In this document: in pieces, positions 38,731 to 51,159 of the stretch | Numbering within the stretch: the first letter of the stretch is position 1 | Layout: each line of letters opens with the position of its first letter | From: Marsupella aquatica | Taxonomy: Eukaryota; Plantae; Marchantiophyta | Direction: 5' to 3' | DNA length: 64,000 nucleotides | Assembly (NCBI GenBank): GCA_973895155.1 | Contig: OZ316894.1 | Location: forward strand, 1,628,457-1,692,456 | The notes under the pieces: model-generated | The model's database searches: none | What the model was told of the DNA's origin: nothing | Seen by the model: only the letters and a program-made list of their open reading frames with translations | Made by a program: the position numbers and the translations under genes

Positions 38731-41700
38731 ATGGCGGTGGTAAGTGAAGTCGTTGCAGTATGCAGTTCAATCCTCGGCATTGTGTCAAAGATCGACAATG
38801 TCAAGGAAGACTGGTTCACTGCATCAGCCGAGTACAAAAGTGAAGCGGAAATCCTCCGCTCAAGGCTTAGCTCCTACGAGGAGCAAGTCCGCATCCATCA
38901 GCAACCAGTGGACAGTACTATGATGAAGACTTTGAAGAGAGCCGAATCAACACTGAAGAGGGCGGAAGCAAGATTGAAGGGCCTGGAGACAAGCGTCAAC
39001 AGCAACCAGTGCTGTTCGCAAATCTGGTGGTTGTATGCAAAGGTGACCATGACCCTTTTCCCAGAGAAATTAGAGTGCACATTGAAGAAGGTGAACCAGG
39101 ACCTTGATGGCATCCCCAAAATACTCAAGGACGAACAGGAACTCTCTGGTCTACTGCGAGAAGCAGGCAAGAATCGAGCCATCTCTACAGTTGTCCACGA
39201 TAACGATAATAAATATGTGCCAATAGAAAAGTCACAGTCTGCGGTCATTCAAGCCATCGAAGATTCTGATGGCCCTCCCATGATACTACTGCATGGTGGA
39301 GTAGGTAAAGGCAAATCTACTCTTGCCAGATACATGTGTGAGCGCTACGGGCCATTTGGAGAAAAAAAAGGCGTCTTTGATCACGTGATTGTGGTGTCGT
39401 GTGCTAATAGTTCCATATCTGATCTCGCCACCAAGCAATATGAAATATTGGAGCAGCTTTCTCCCACGAGTTTAACCGAGGAAAGCAGTTCAAAATCTGG
39501 AACTGGAAAATCTGGGGAGAGTGTGGGCTCAAAATCTAGAATTGCAAGAGCTCTCCAAAATTTCTTCATTGGCAAGAAGATTCTGATGGTCTTAGACGAC
39601 GTTTCAGATAAGGGATTTCTGTACAAAATGTGGGAGGCTGCGAGAGATGGTAAAGATGATAAGATCCTCATCACTTCCCAATGGTCCAACATATGCGACG
39701 ACTTTAAACATGACTCTTTGCTTATTACGATGGAAGATCCTACCAAAGAGGAAGCGAGGCAAATCCTTGCTTCTCTTGTGGGGCTGGAGAGTAATAGAAT
39801 TCCTGAGAATATACAGGTTAGTTCCTCGAGCACATTTCACCCCGGTCGTTTATTGTGGAGGTACTTGTTTTGTTAAGTTGTCTGCTGTACATCTGTCTAA
39901 TGTCTACTAACTAGATTTAGTCCTTACTGTATGTTTTATCTTTGTATACAGGGGATAGCAGATGAGATGATCAAAGCGACAGCGGGAAATCCATTAGCTT
40001 TGGCATGTTTGGCAAGTAACTTTGCTTATGTAAAGGATGCTAAAGATAAAACAAAGAAGCGGGATTGGCAAGCTGCTTGGAGAGAGTTATCTCAGTTGCT
40101 AGGCAATAAAGCGATGGCTATCGTGGCAGGGCAGAATAGTGAGACTGCCGCTAGAAGCCTGTGGGGTGCCATGAAGATTTGTATAGAATCTCTTCAAACA
40201 GAGGGTGCAAAACGCACACTCTTCTTGATGTATGCATGTAAAGGAGAATCGGTTCCTGAAGAGGTCCTGCGGATTTTGTGTGCTGGTATGAAGATGTCAA
40301 ATTCTATTTTCAAGAGGTCCATAGATGAATTGCGCATGCGAGAGCTACTGAAACCTACAACGGATACATTAGCATGGAAGATGAATTTGGGGAACGGACC
40401 AAATGACGAAGTGTCTCCTGCATGGTCCATACAGTCTTTAGTGAAGCTCTATATGGAACGGGATGTGGTAGGGAAACAGGAAATGAGGGCAGTGATTGGG
40501 GCATTGGTTGGTGATGACCAGTTTCCACCTGAGTCAAGCACCAAATACAAGGTACACGACTATGAAACCGAAATATTGGAGATTGCAACCGGGACTGAAA
40601 CAGCAACCGTGGAGAGTGATGAGGTGAGAGTTACAATTGCTCTCTGTGCTCTGTACTTTGACCGCCGCCATACCGATCAAGGCGTGACTCAAGCCGTGGC
40701 TAAGGCTTCCAAAACATCCAATATTGAAGACGCTGAAGACAACATTAATGATCTGAGGAGGAAGGCGATTGAGCCGTTGATATGGCTGCTCGACAAGCCT
40801 GAAGAGGACGACGAATGGACAGAAATGGATAAATGCTGTGTGAGGAAGGTACTGTCCTGTCCCCCTTGAGTATGTTCTTTCCTTTGTAACTTACGTCAGT
40901 CCGAATTGAAGTTAGAGAATCATTCGAGTGACTTTTATACTTGGGTACTCACAGATCATGTTTGCGCATGACCGATTGAGTCAACTTTTAATAGCCATAC
41001 TTCAGCTATTCTTCGCAACTTGGCACTTCTTTTGAAAACCAAAAGGACGGTCCTCTGTAAAATATACAATGTCAACTTTTACAGTGAAAGTAGTGTTTGA
41101 TAGCACGTGGCTGAGTGGTAAATGCAAGTAACATTTATCTTGTAACTCTATTGGACAGAATAACTATTCAAATTCTATATGTGATAGTTTTGAAAGTCTA
41201 AGTGCGAGTCTTGGAAGATTGATTTCTTATTGTAGTTGAACAGCCATGTGTCTTAGTGAGGTTTTCCTTTCTCTTCGACAGGAGTTCTTATCTACATTCA
41301 TCTAATCGAGGTTGTCTGCAATTATATATTGTCACTGAATTGTTTTAGAATTGTAAATCACTTTCTTTGCAGGTTGTTCTTGACTACATATGCAAGCGCC
41401 AGCTAGATAACGAGAACATCACTTACCTCTTGAAGTTGGCCCCTTGTCCTTCTGCACAGTTGGCCACTCTTGAGGCTATCATTCACATAACACGGATAGA
41501 AGAAACGCCCCTGCTCAACGTAAACACAATCAGCTTTTTGCAAGCTGTAGTTGACCTTATGAACTTGAAGGAAGGTTTCCGCACCAGTGTCCAAGAAGCA
41601 GCCTCTTTAGCCCTGTCTCGTCTTTGTGTGAAGGCCGCGTACGACAAATCAGCAACCCTTGTTGCTAACTTGTCGCCTGTTCTGGACGTGGTGGTACGCT

Positions 41701-43189
41701 CCCTTGCCATTCCCGTTTGGAAGTCAGAGGCATTTGCCGAAAACGCAGCATATGCTTTGATGGGCTTAACATTCTCGCAGGAAGAGGACATTGAACAAGT
41801 AATTGTGAACAAACAGGACCTACTAGCTAGTCTTGTGAATTGCTTGTCTCAGCAATCCAGGCCTAGTTTGCAATTAGCTGCAACAGGGGCTTTGCAAAAT
41901 CTAGCTTTGGGTAAAGATGACGCTGTCAAGCTGAGAATCGCCAATGAGAAGGGGGCTCTGGTTAGCCTCGTACATTGCCTGTCACAACATGAGAACCCTG
42001 ATGTGCAAAGAGAGGCATCAATGGTGATATCATACCTAGCTCGCGCTCCAGATGGAAAGGCGATCCTTAAAGGAGCGGAAGGCCTGTTGCAGGGCCTTAC
42101 TTGCTTGGTGGAAGATGACGTGCGTCTGGATATTCGAAGTTCAGCAGCAATAGCGCTGTTTCTTATAGACGTGACACTTGCTAAGGAAATGGGGTTGCTC
42201 TCGGCACAACTAGATGGCGAAGCTTTAAGGTATGGTCGTGAATTTATAATTGATTTCGAGCACAACCTAGATTGTATAAAGATCGATGGAAGGGAACAAG
42301 ATCATCCAACAAAGTGGCCAGTGTAAAACGAAAGAATTCCGTAGTAAGTAACGAAGCTAAGGGCAATATCTGTACATAGACTATCTGTACAGAGGCTAGT
42401 TTATCCTGCAGCAAGATACTGTACTATACTAACCATTCCGCCGAGTTAGCTGGCTTGAGAAGGTCAGTTGGACAGAGAATTAGCCTGTACTTGATTCGAG
42501 GGTTCAACTAGCGGAAGAGTTCAGAATTTCCAGAATTTGGCAGACTTCTTCCCTCATATGTCGCTTGATCTGCCTCGGTGAGCAGGCAAGCGAATTTGTG
42601 GCAAGCCTTTTGACGATAAGATTGGAAGTTTTCTTAGCATTGCAGAATCCAGCAGATGATTTATTGTACGATACATTTTGAGACGTCCAAGCCTAGTGGC
42701 ACTGGATTGAGTAACATAGCTATACTTGAAATATGGTTGTAACCGAAGTTAAGAAGAAAGGGTGAACATGTTGACATCCAAGTGCACGTGATGTGTTTGC
42801 AGCGTATAACTAAGTTTCTTATTTGTGATGGCAGTCATAGAATTATTGTAAAAGTGAAATTTGGAGACTTGGAAGGGGCACTGGACGATGCCAACGAGGC
42901 ATTCACGATGCCGGATGGCGGGAGGGCTTTTGCCTTGCAGGAGAGGGGTGTCTTAAAACGAATGATGGAAGACCTTGAGGGAGCCCTGGCAGATTTGGAC
43001 GAAGGACTAAAACTAGTATCAAATGACTACGAGATGCTGAAACATCGTGGTTATGTCAAATTCTTGTTAAATGACGTGGAAGGAGCTCGCGCAGATGCAG
43101 AATGGGCTCTATCGATCCAATCCTCAAGGACTGACAGCGATGACTACTTGGGAGGAACCCCTGTAGAATACTTGGGCTACAAGCTCTAG
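38731..43189 (+). CDS. NLR-like protein, copy 2: N-terminal helical/CC-like bundle, NB-ARC, ARM repeats, TPR; exons 38731-39816, 39952-40848, 41373-42229, 42835-43189 (about 1064 aa)
   Basis: P-loop GGVGKGKST, Walker B ILMVLDDV, RNBS-B KILITSQ, GxP AGNPLAL; ARM and TPR repeats. The predicted splices give an open 3195-nt CDS. Confidence 0.85.
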
Positions 43190-45442
43190 CAGCGGAGATT
43201 ATTACTCGATGTTCCACAGGTACCGGAACCGTGCTGGATTTGTAGATAATTGAATCGCGCCACTCGTAGATTGTTTGTGTGAAGCAGAGCGTAGCTTGAA
43301 TCACGATGATGATATGCGATTCCCTCTCTGCGACTGGAAAACTTGAAAAAAAGACTTCGTAGCACCATATGTGTAGCCTGGCCCTCCACAAAGGGTGTCA
43401 AAGATAATTCTACTTCTATGTAATATTCAATTGTACGTAATTCAATGGACGGATCTGATCAGATTAAGAGCTTATTCAGGCATGGGTTTCAATATCAAGG
43501 ACCAAGAGCCCGCGGCGGAAAGTAATCATTCAGCACGCTCACTTGGGGAGACTCAGATTTCGTCGTACCTTGTTACTTCTGTAGGATTATGCCGTTAAGA
43601 AAGACATGAGAATCCCCCTGCTGTTAGGAGACATTTTGGCTGTTCTTCCAAAAGGCAGCTGTTCTTCTAAAAGGCATAGCTTTCGCCTTTCATAGAGAAA
43701 CGGAGAGATCCAACAAGGGCCAGGACAATAACATAGTCATGATGTTGCTTTGCGACTGAAATTGTCTATGTCGACATTTTTTGTGGTAGATGTAGGAAGA
43801 GGTGTACAAAATGCGAAGCTATAAACGGTGTCTGCAGGATGAGATTACAAATCCAAGACAAGCTCGCGATTTATTCACGACAGTGCCGTGTGAATTTGAA
43901 AGAAGCATCCAGAAACATTACTTCCGATGCAATCTGTAATGGGATCCATACAAACCGAAGTAGACTAACATTTGAATCGCTGTCGTGAGGGGAAATGTCC
44001 TTGGGAAGAAGCAAGCTCTGCTAGGTTGACCCCTTTATGGAGGAATTTTTCCAGTAGTAACGGCTGGACCTAGAAATCTTTTCTGACCACGATTTTGGAG
44101 GTCCTTGTGAAATCCAGTATGTGCAGAAGTTGCAGCTCTGCGCTCTATAATCTTCATCTTTCCACACTCAATTTGTATCAAACAGGAACTAAGGTCTGCA
44201 CCCGGGTAACTCTAGCTGTCGTGGGGGGTTTCTCAGTATTAACTAGCTGTACATTTTATGTGCAATAGTCGTAACGAGGACGTTTTCCAAAGGGTGTGGC
44301 TATTGTTCTCTGTCCATCACGTTTCTCGTCCTACAGATCCAATTGTGTCACTTTGCATTCCGATCCCTCAGCATTTTGTAATCGATAGAGAATGTCAAAG
44401 AAGAACAGTTGAGTACGTCAGTAAACTACCAAAATGAAGCAAAGAATGATTTGCTCAAGCCTTAGCTTCTATGAAGAACAGGTGCGGATGCAGGTATCCA
44501 TGATCAGGAAGTAAATGACCTCATTGATAAGTGTCTGACGTTCTTGCAGTAGAGCTACTGACAATAGTAAGTGAGTTGCATTAGACTTGGATTCTAATGC
44601 TGAAAGCTAAAGAGGACAGAACAATCCCATCACATTTGGGGGTTCTTGGCTGTACATTTTTCAGTGCTATGTAGCAATCACTGAAATGATGTAGTTAGGC
44701 ATGCATTTGTGCTGATTTTCACGTTATCTTTTGTTATCTAGCTATATGCATAGAATTTTGAATTCTCGAATATCTCAGATGTATGAGAGGGGTTGAGATT
44801 GGTTAAGGGGCAAGAGGGGGTAGCATTTAGAGAGTTTTCAACATATCTTGAGAGCACCAAACTACTCTTCTTAAAGCCAACAACAGGCCACTTCACATTG
44901 TTGTAGTAATAAATCCTTTCACTTCTTGTTTTTGTTTCTCCAAACAAAGGAAGTATTCAATAACCAAACATTGCAATAAAATCTTTATTTTGTGTGGACA
45001 CACAACAGAGAAAGAAAGACCATAGCGTTGAGTCAAACATGCACTTGAAGCATGAGGATATTGAACAACAATAGACCTAAATGTGAGGGCTCCAAGCCTT
45101 ATTTAGTGTTAATAATTCCGCCTGAAACTGAATACTTTCACAGAATAAATACTGTAAATAGTGTAGATAATTAAATAGGAGAATGTGGGGAATAACATTC
45201 TTCAGTCCACGCATCCATAGCCAGGGTGTTCAAGGTCCCTTCATTGTCCAGGAGGCTTCTGCATGAGTGTGTAACAATATGAAAGGACTTTAGAGTGTGA
45301 ACGTTACATCTTAGGTTTAGCTTAAGGAAAATCATTGAGTGTACTATATTTGCTTGTGTAGGCAAGTCTTGTTGGATTCTGAAGGTATTTATGTTCAAGG
45401 GAGATATTGAGTGGACAAATCCACAAGAACTACTAAGGGGTC

Positions 45443-46290
45443 TCACAGTTACCGGGACTTGTAGATCATTGAATTGTGCCACTCATAGATTGTTTGTGTG
45501 AAGCAGAGCGGAGCTTGGATCACAGCCATGACATGGGATTACCTCTCTGAGACTGGAACGCTTGAAAAAAGACTTCTTAGCACCATATGTGCAGCCTGGC
45601 CCCCGCACAGAGGGTGTCAAATATGATTCTTTCTATGTAATATTCAATTGCACGTAATTCAATGGACGGATCTGATCATACTAAGAGCTCATGCAGGCAA
45701 GGGTTTCAATACTAAGGACCAAGAGCCCGCGACGTAAAGTCATCATTCAGCACCATAAGGCTCACTTATGGAGACTGAAACATCAACATGTCTAAAGGTT
45801 TGTAGTACCTTGTAACTTTTGTAGTATTATCCCGGTAAGAAAGACAAGAGAATCCTCCTGCTGTTAGGTGACATTGTGGCTGTTTCCTCCAAAAGTATAG
45901 CTTTCGCGTTCCATAGAGAAACACAGAGTTGGAAGAAGGTGAAGGACAATAACATAATCATGATGTTGCTTTGCGACTGAAATCTTCTATGCCGTCATTT
46001 TTTGTGGCTAGATGTAGGAAGAGTTGCATAATGCAAAGTTATGAACGGTATCTGCAGGAGTGGGGATGAGGTTACGAATTCAAGACAAGCTCGCGATTCG
46101 ATCACTACATAGCCGTGTGAATTTAGGAGAAGCATCCAGAAACATCATTTCCAATGCAACCAAAGTAGAATAACTCTTGAAACGCTGTGGTGAGGTGAAA
46201 TGACCTTTGGAAGAAGCAAGCTCTGCTAGGTTGAATCCATAAATCTTTTCTGTCCACATTTTTGTGGGTCCTTGTGAAATCCTGTATGTG
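45443..46290 (+). repeat. Third copy of the NLR-like gene's 3' flank, with no coding sequence
   Basis: Colinear with about 3255-4147 (acagttaccgggacttgtagatcattgaattg...). Confidence 0.85.
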
Positions 46291-46314
46291 CGCAATCCCA
46301 TGACCGAGTCAGAG

Positions 46315-46422
46315 AGGATAGCTAGGCTAGCTGAAGGTCCACTATGCAACATGACTCCAAGGTGGAGCAGGATAGCTAGGCTAGCTTAAGGTCCACTATG
46401 CAACATGACTCCAAGGTGGAGC
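46315..46422. repeat. 54-bp tandem duplication
   Basis: aggatagctaggctagct.aaggtccactatgcaacatgactccaaggtggagc occurs twice. Confidence 0.85.
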
Positions 46423-49400
46423 CACCTGCGCCCAATTAACTACCAAGAAATGTAAAAGGAGCGGTGGCCATTGCCAAAGACACCCATCCCGCCTCCCGAT
46501 GGGGGTAGTGTTGCCTGCCTAGCCATAAAAGAACCATGCTTTCCATCAAGGGCTCCCGGACCGAAAAGGTGACCAAAGACTCTGATCACCATGGTGTCAA
46601 TTGATGAGGGCACGCAAGAATAGAAACATCATCGTGGGGGGAATTATCTGAAGAAGATAGGAAGGACAGCAAACAGAACACAATATCAAAATCAAGAAGG
46701 AAATCTGAACATTCCCCAAGGGCACCAACTGGGTAAGGTCTCGGTTAAACCACAAGTACTACTACAAGAGACTCCGGGTTACTCGGAGCCCTCATAATTC
46801 CCCTCATGTGTGGCTCGATCCTCTGGAAATGTAGCTGCACCTCTCCTAAGCCATTGGATTTTTCCTTATATCTGTGCCTATCGATCCTATGCCGTCCAAT
46901 CCAATCTATGGCTCAAAACGTAGATCTCAATGAGATCTATGTCTCACAAAAAATTGAGACAAAAACATTCAATATTTCATGAGAAAATATGGAAAAACAA
47001 ATGGTGAAATATGATTGGTCCAATTCAAATTTTGAATTTTGGGGGGAGGAGGAGATCTAAGCTGTTTGCCCTTATCATCTCTGTAATTCTCATCCGTCCA
47101 CTTTAGTAGGCGATATATGGCTCAAATGAAAGATCTCAATGAGATATACGGATTGGTTTTTTCCTTTTTGAAAATGGTTTAATAGTTTGCAAATGAAAAA
47201 TAAAACAAATCCAAGCCTTCCTGACCGTTGATTCGGTCTCTACTAAAATCTATACTTTTCATTGTTTTTTGCTAATAAAAATATTTTCCGTCCACATAAG
47301 AAGACGATCTATGGCGCAAATGAAAGATCTTGAGTAGATCTACCGCCTGGTGTTTTCCATTCCAAAAATGAGGACATAATTTTTGGAATAAAAATAAATG
47401 AATTTTGTTCTTTTCTGCTCTTCCTCCTGCCCGATACTTTCTTTCAGAAACTCCATTATGGCCATACTGTCCTGCAGCTCCTTATATACTAGGAGTTGTG
47501 GTTTAAGGTGTAAAACATCTTGGGACAGAGCAGCCTGCAAAAAATCCCGCTCAAAGACCATTCCCCCAAAATAAGGCACCCCAAGGACCCGAATGTCGTT
47601 AGGTCAAATAGGAATACCAAGAGGCCGGGGAGTGAAAGATTCTGGGAGAGGAAGACGGGGCCATATGTACCCCACATTTCCTGGGCTGAGTTGACTGGGG
47701 AGCTGACAAACCAAGGACGACAAGTTGGGCAACAAAGTGGATGTAAGCATTCAAATGTGAGTATCGTCAACAACAAAAGGGAACAAGCTACCTAGGAAAG
47801 CAGGCGAAGAGGCCGGGATAGCCTTGAGATGAGCCATGGCAAACAACGCCCTTCTAGGAGGATCACCGTGCTGAGTGCCGACATCCAACAAAATGGTCAA
47901 ATAGGACCCAGAACCAAGGACGGCCCCAAGGCCCCCCTCGCGCCTGGGCGGACCGGCCACTCTACCTCCCCTAGTCCCCTCCCCTCCGCGGCACCGCCCG
48001 ACTTGCCTTGCCCGGACGCAGGGGAGCCGCCCTCCATGGGCTCTAGAGGAAGCCGAGTGCATCCAGCCCCGATGATTGGCCTACAGTCCAAGGAGCCGGG
48101 GGATGCGCATTATGCCCCCAGCACGAGCCAGCCTAGGCCGGCAGGCCGGGACTCCCTGGCCGTCGCACGCTTGCGCATACTATCTTGCCCTTCCCTTGGC
48201 CTTGCCCTCGCCCTCACCCTTCCCGTGCCCTTCCGTTAAGGAAAAGTATCTGTCGATTACTCTCTTTGGCCATCCACGAGCTGCCACATAAGGTTATTTT
48301 TTAAGAATTATCTCATAAAATACTCACCATATGTTCATATGGTGAGTGCTTTACGTATACAGTTGTATGAACCTAAGGGTGTTAGAGGACGCAAAACAGC
48401 TGCATTGGGACGCTATCAACTCAACTTGCCCTACGGGCAGCAATTCAAGTTCCCAAACAGGGTGTCCAGTGTGGCTACATGCGGCGATTCAAACAGGGTA
48501 CAGTCTACTTGGCAAATGTAGGAAATATGTCACATGTCAAATACGAGGAAAGCTCCCGCAGTGGAGAGTAAGAACTTCATTATATGAAATGAAAAGATTC
48601 ACATTGAAAGGAGCCTTGTGAAACACCAATAAAGGTCACTGGGTATATCATTGAGGACTTATTCGCAAAATGTCAATTATATGAGTCACAGAGACTCTAA
48701 AAAGTGACGCCATCCTACCAAATAAAGTAAAATTGTTGTTATGGCAGCCCAAAATAAAGCTTGCCTTCTATAATGGCTATGAGAATCTATCCTAACTTGC
48801 CATCTAGATACTAACTAATATAACCTAATCTAATCTAATCTAATCTAGCTTCCACATGCCACAAAGGCCTGCTACAATGACTGGTTTCGACTTCATTCAC
48901 GCCACTTAGTTGAATTGGTCTGCAGTGACTTGATGTTGAAATTGATCGTGCAATATATTGTTCATTCCAAAAATCTTGCCGATTACAGCATTGATTGGGT
49001 TCACAATTGTGTTGAGACCTCCTTCACGGTCCCATGGAGACATGTACTTATCTCAATCATACTCATGCATCCACTCTACTCCCTCAGGGTCATGTTCAGC
49101 AACAGGTCCACCCTTCTCGATTGCACTTGATGGCACTGCATTTGCCTTGTTCTCAAGGTCCAAAACCATCAGATCCACTCCATGAATCTCCACAACTTCA
49201 AGTGCAGAAGCAGCTAGTACACTCATCCCCACACTCGTATTGTCTCATGTACTGTCAAATATGCACACTTTGCTGCTCTGGCTAGTGGAGCTACCTGCAA
49301 AACAAAAAAGTCTATTAGCAGCTAAACTTTGATAAACACATTCTGAAAGTCATGAGTCTACTTGGACATTACTTGAGACCTCTGAATGAGCCTTCTTCAG

Positions 49401-49429
49401 AGCCGCACGCTCCTCAGCACCTTCAATCA

Positions 49430-50200
49430 CATTATTCTTGAACAAATCCGTCTCTTCAACAATGTTAGAGTTATAAGCACTCCCCTAACCTGCAGATCTC
49501 TGATCAGCACGAACTTGTGCTTCAACAGGCGGTTGTATCGGTTGTAAGCACCTTGAGATTTGTGGCTAGTGATCCGCATTCCCACTGCAAGCGGTACACC
49601 TTCGGAAGCCATCCTTGTAACACACATTGTTCTCCTTGACTTATAATTAGAGACAACTTCAACATTTGGACCACATTCCTTGTGGATTTCCTTCAAGCAT
49701 CCAGTCAACCTCTTGGCAGACATACGAAGTGTAGAATACCAAGCATTAGTTTGCGGGTTGTCAATGGCTTGACATAACAAAAACATACCATACACAACAA
49801 GATGGTTGATCAACTCCTTCAATGTCTCGACCATGTCTTGGTTGTGTTTTGTCACAGCAGGCCGGAAGTGTTCTTCTTTGTACCTGTCGAGACTCACACA
49901 ATAGCTCTTTGAAAGGCGTTCATCATAGCAAACATACTCACCAGCATCGTTAGTGTCAAACTGAAACTCAGTTTTCTCAAGCTTATAAAGCTCCTATCCA
50001 CTACGTATCACAAATTTGCAAAGCAAGTAAAACACACACCTTCTCTGCAGGCCTCTTGGATGTGCACGGGTAGTACAAGCATGATCCAGTATTGTGTGTT
50101 CAGCTAAGAGAGAAATGACTGCTGCTTTCTTGCGGGGCAAGTTCGTGCTAGCACGACAAGATCTTTCCATGGCTAAGACTGTGGTAGAGTGGTCAGACTG
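49430..50200 (-). pseudogene. Crypton-like (DUF3504-type) tyrosine recombinase relic
   Basis: HPRGLQRRCVFYLLCKFVIRSG*ELYKL (catalytic R box) and SNYKSRRTMCVTRMASEGVPLAVGMRITSHKSQGAYNRY (HxxR...H...Y box). Confidence 0.65.
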
Positions 50201-51159
50201 TTAAAGAACACTTTAACCTCTAAAGACCTGAATTCATTCCCTGTAAGAGTGAATGAAAAGCGAATTGGTACTAAAAAGAGCAAATAAGATGTTGATTTGG
50301 CATAACCTCACCAAGGAGTTCTCTCTCCTGAGGATTGATAGTAATCAATGCACAAAAACTAATAATTAAAGAAAGGCATTGAAAAGGACTAGTAAGAATG
50401 CCTTATCAATTGACTCATGAGAAAAGATGATGGAAAATGACGATCCCCAGCAAATCAACAGGATTCTGGATTTTTAAGATTCAGAATACAACAGAGCTCA
50501 TAACATGGTCAAATTAGAATAGACATCAAACATTAACTAGAAATTGACATGGAGATCTAGCTATCAAACCAAGAATTCTTTCTGGTCAACAAATGTGACA
50601 GTACTAAAATGCTTGAATTGGTATCTTCTCACACAAAGATTTCTAGATTGTCAAATTGATAACTTCTCAATCAAATTTAGATAATTACTCATGGGAAAGG
50701 AAACATTCCATTTCGACTATTGGAACAGCAAGAGTTCAATGCTACCTAGAATCCATATGAGTAATTCAAATCAAAATCCAACTTCAAAGTATGATGGTAA
50801 AATTTCTAAGTATTAACTTCTCAACAGGAGAAGGAGTCTGCAGTTCTACTCACAACAGGTCAAGGCTCAACAGGAGCACCTGAGGAGGAGCTTCTATGCT
50901 TCCAACAGAAACTAAGAACTAAGGAAAAATGAATCTGTGTTCCTCCAAAGATACACAAAGGATCCCAAAAGTCACAAAGTGTCATTTCCGGTTTTCATGG
51001 AAGAAAAAGTAACTGTCAATCAAAATCCGGAAATGAGAACAAAGGAAAATCCGGAAATGGATATAAGGCAAAATCCGGATTTTGATTTCCGGTTCTACTA
51101 CTAAATCCGGATTAAGATCCTAGTCGGATCCGGAAATGGTAACTAACTAACTAAAACAA

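Noticed and set aside
44810-45440. Possible hAT or other transposase fragment
   Set aside because: No convincing motif or termini could be read.
46870-47345. Three copies of atggc.caaa....agatct, possibly subterminal repeats of an element
   Set aside because: No TIR or TSD could be established, so the element class is unsupported.
47751-48291. GC-rich Pro/Arg-rich ORFs on both strands
   Set aside because: Low-complexity GC island; ORFs are expected by chance and show no domain signal.
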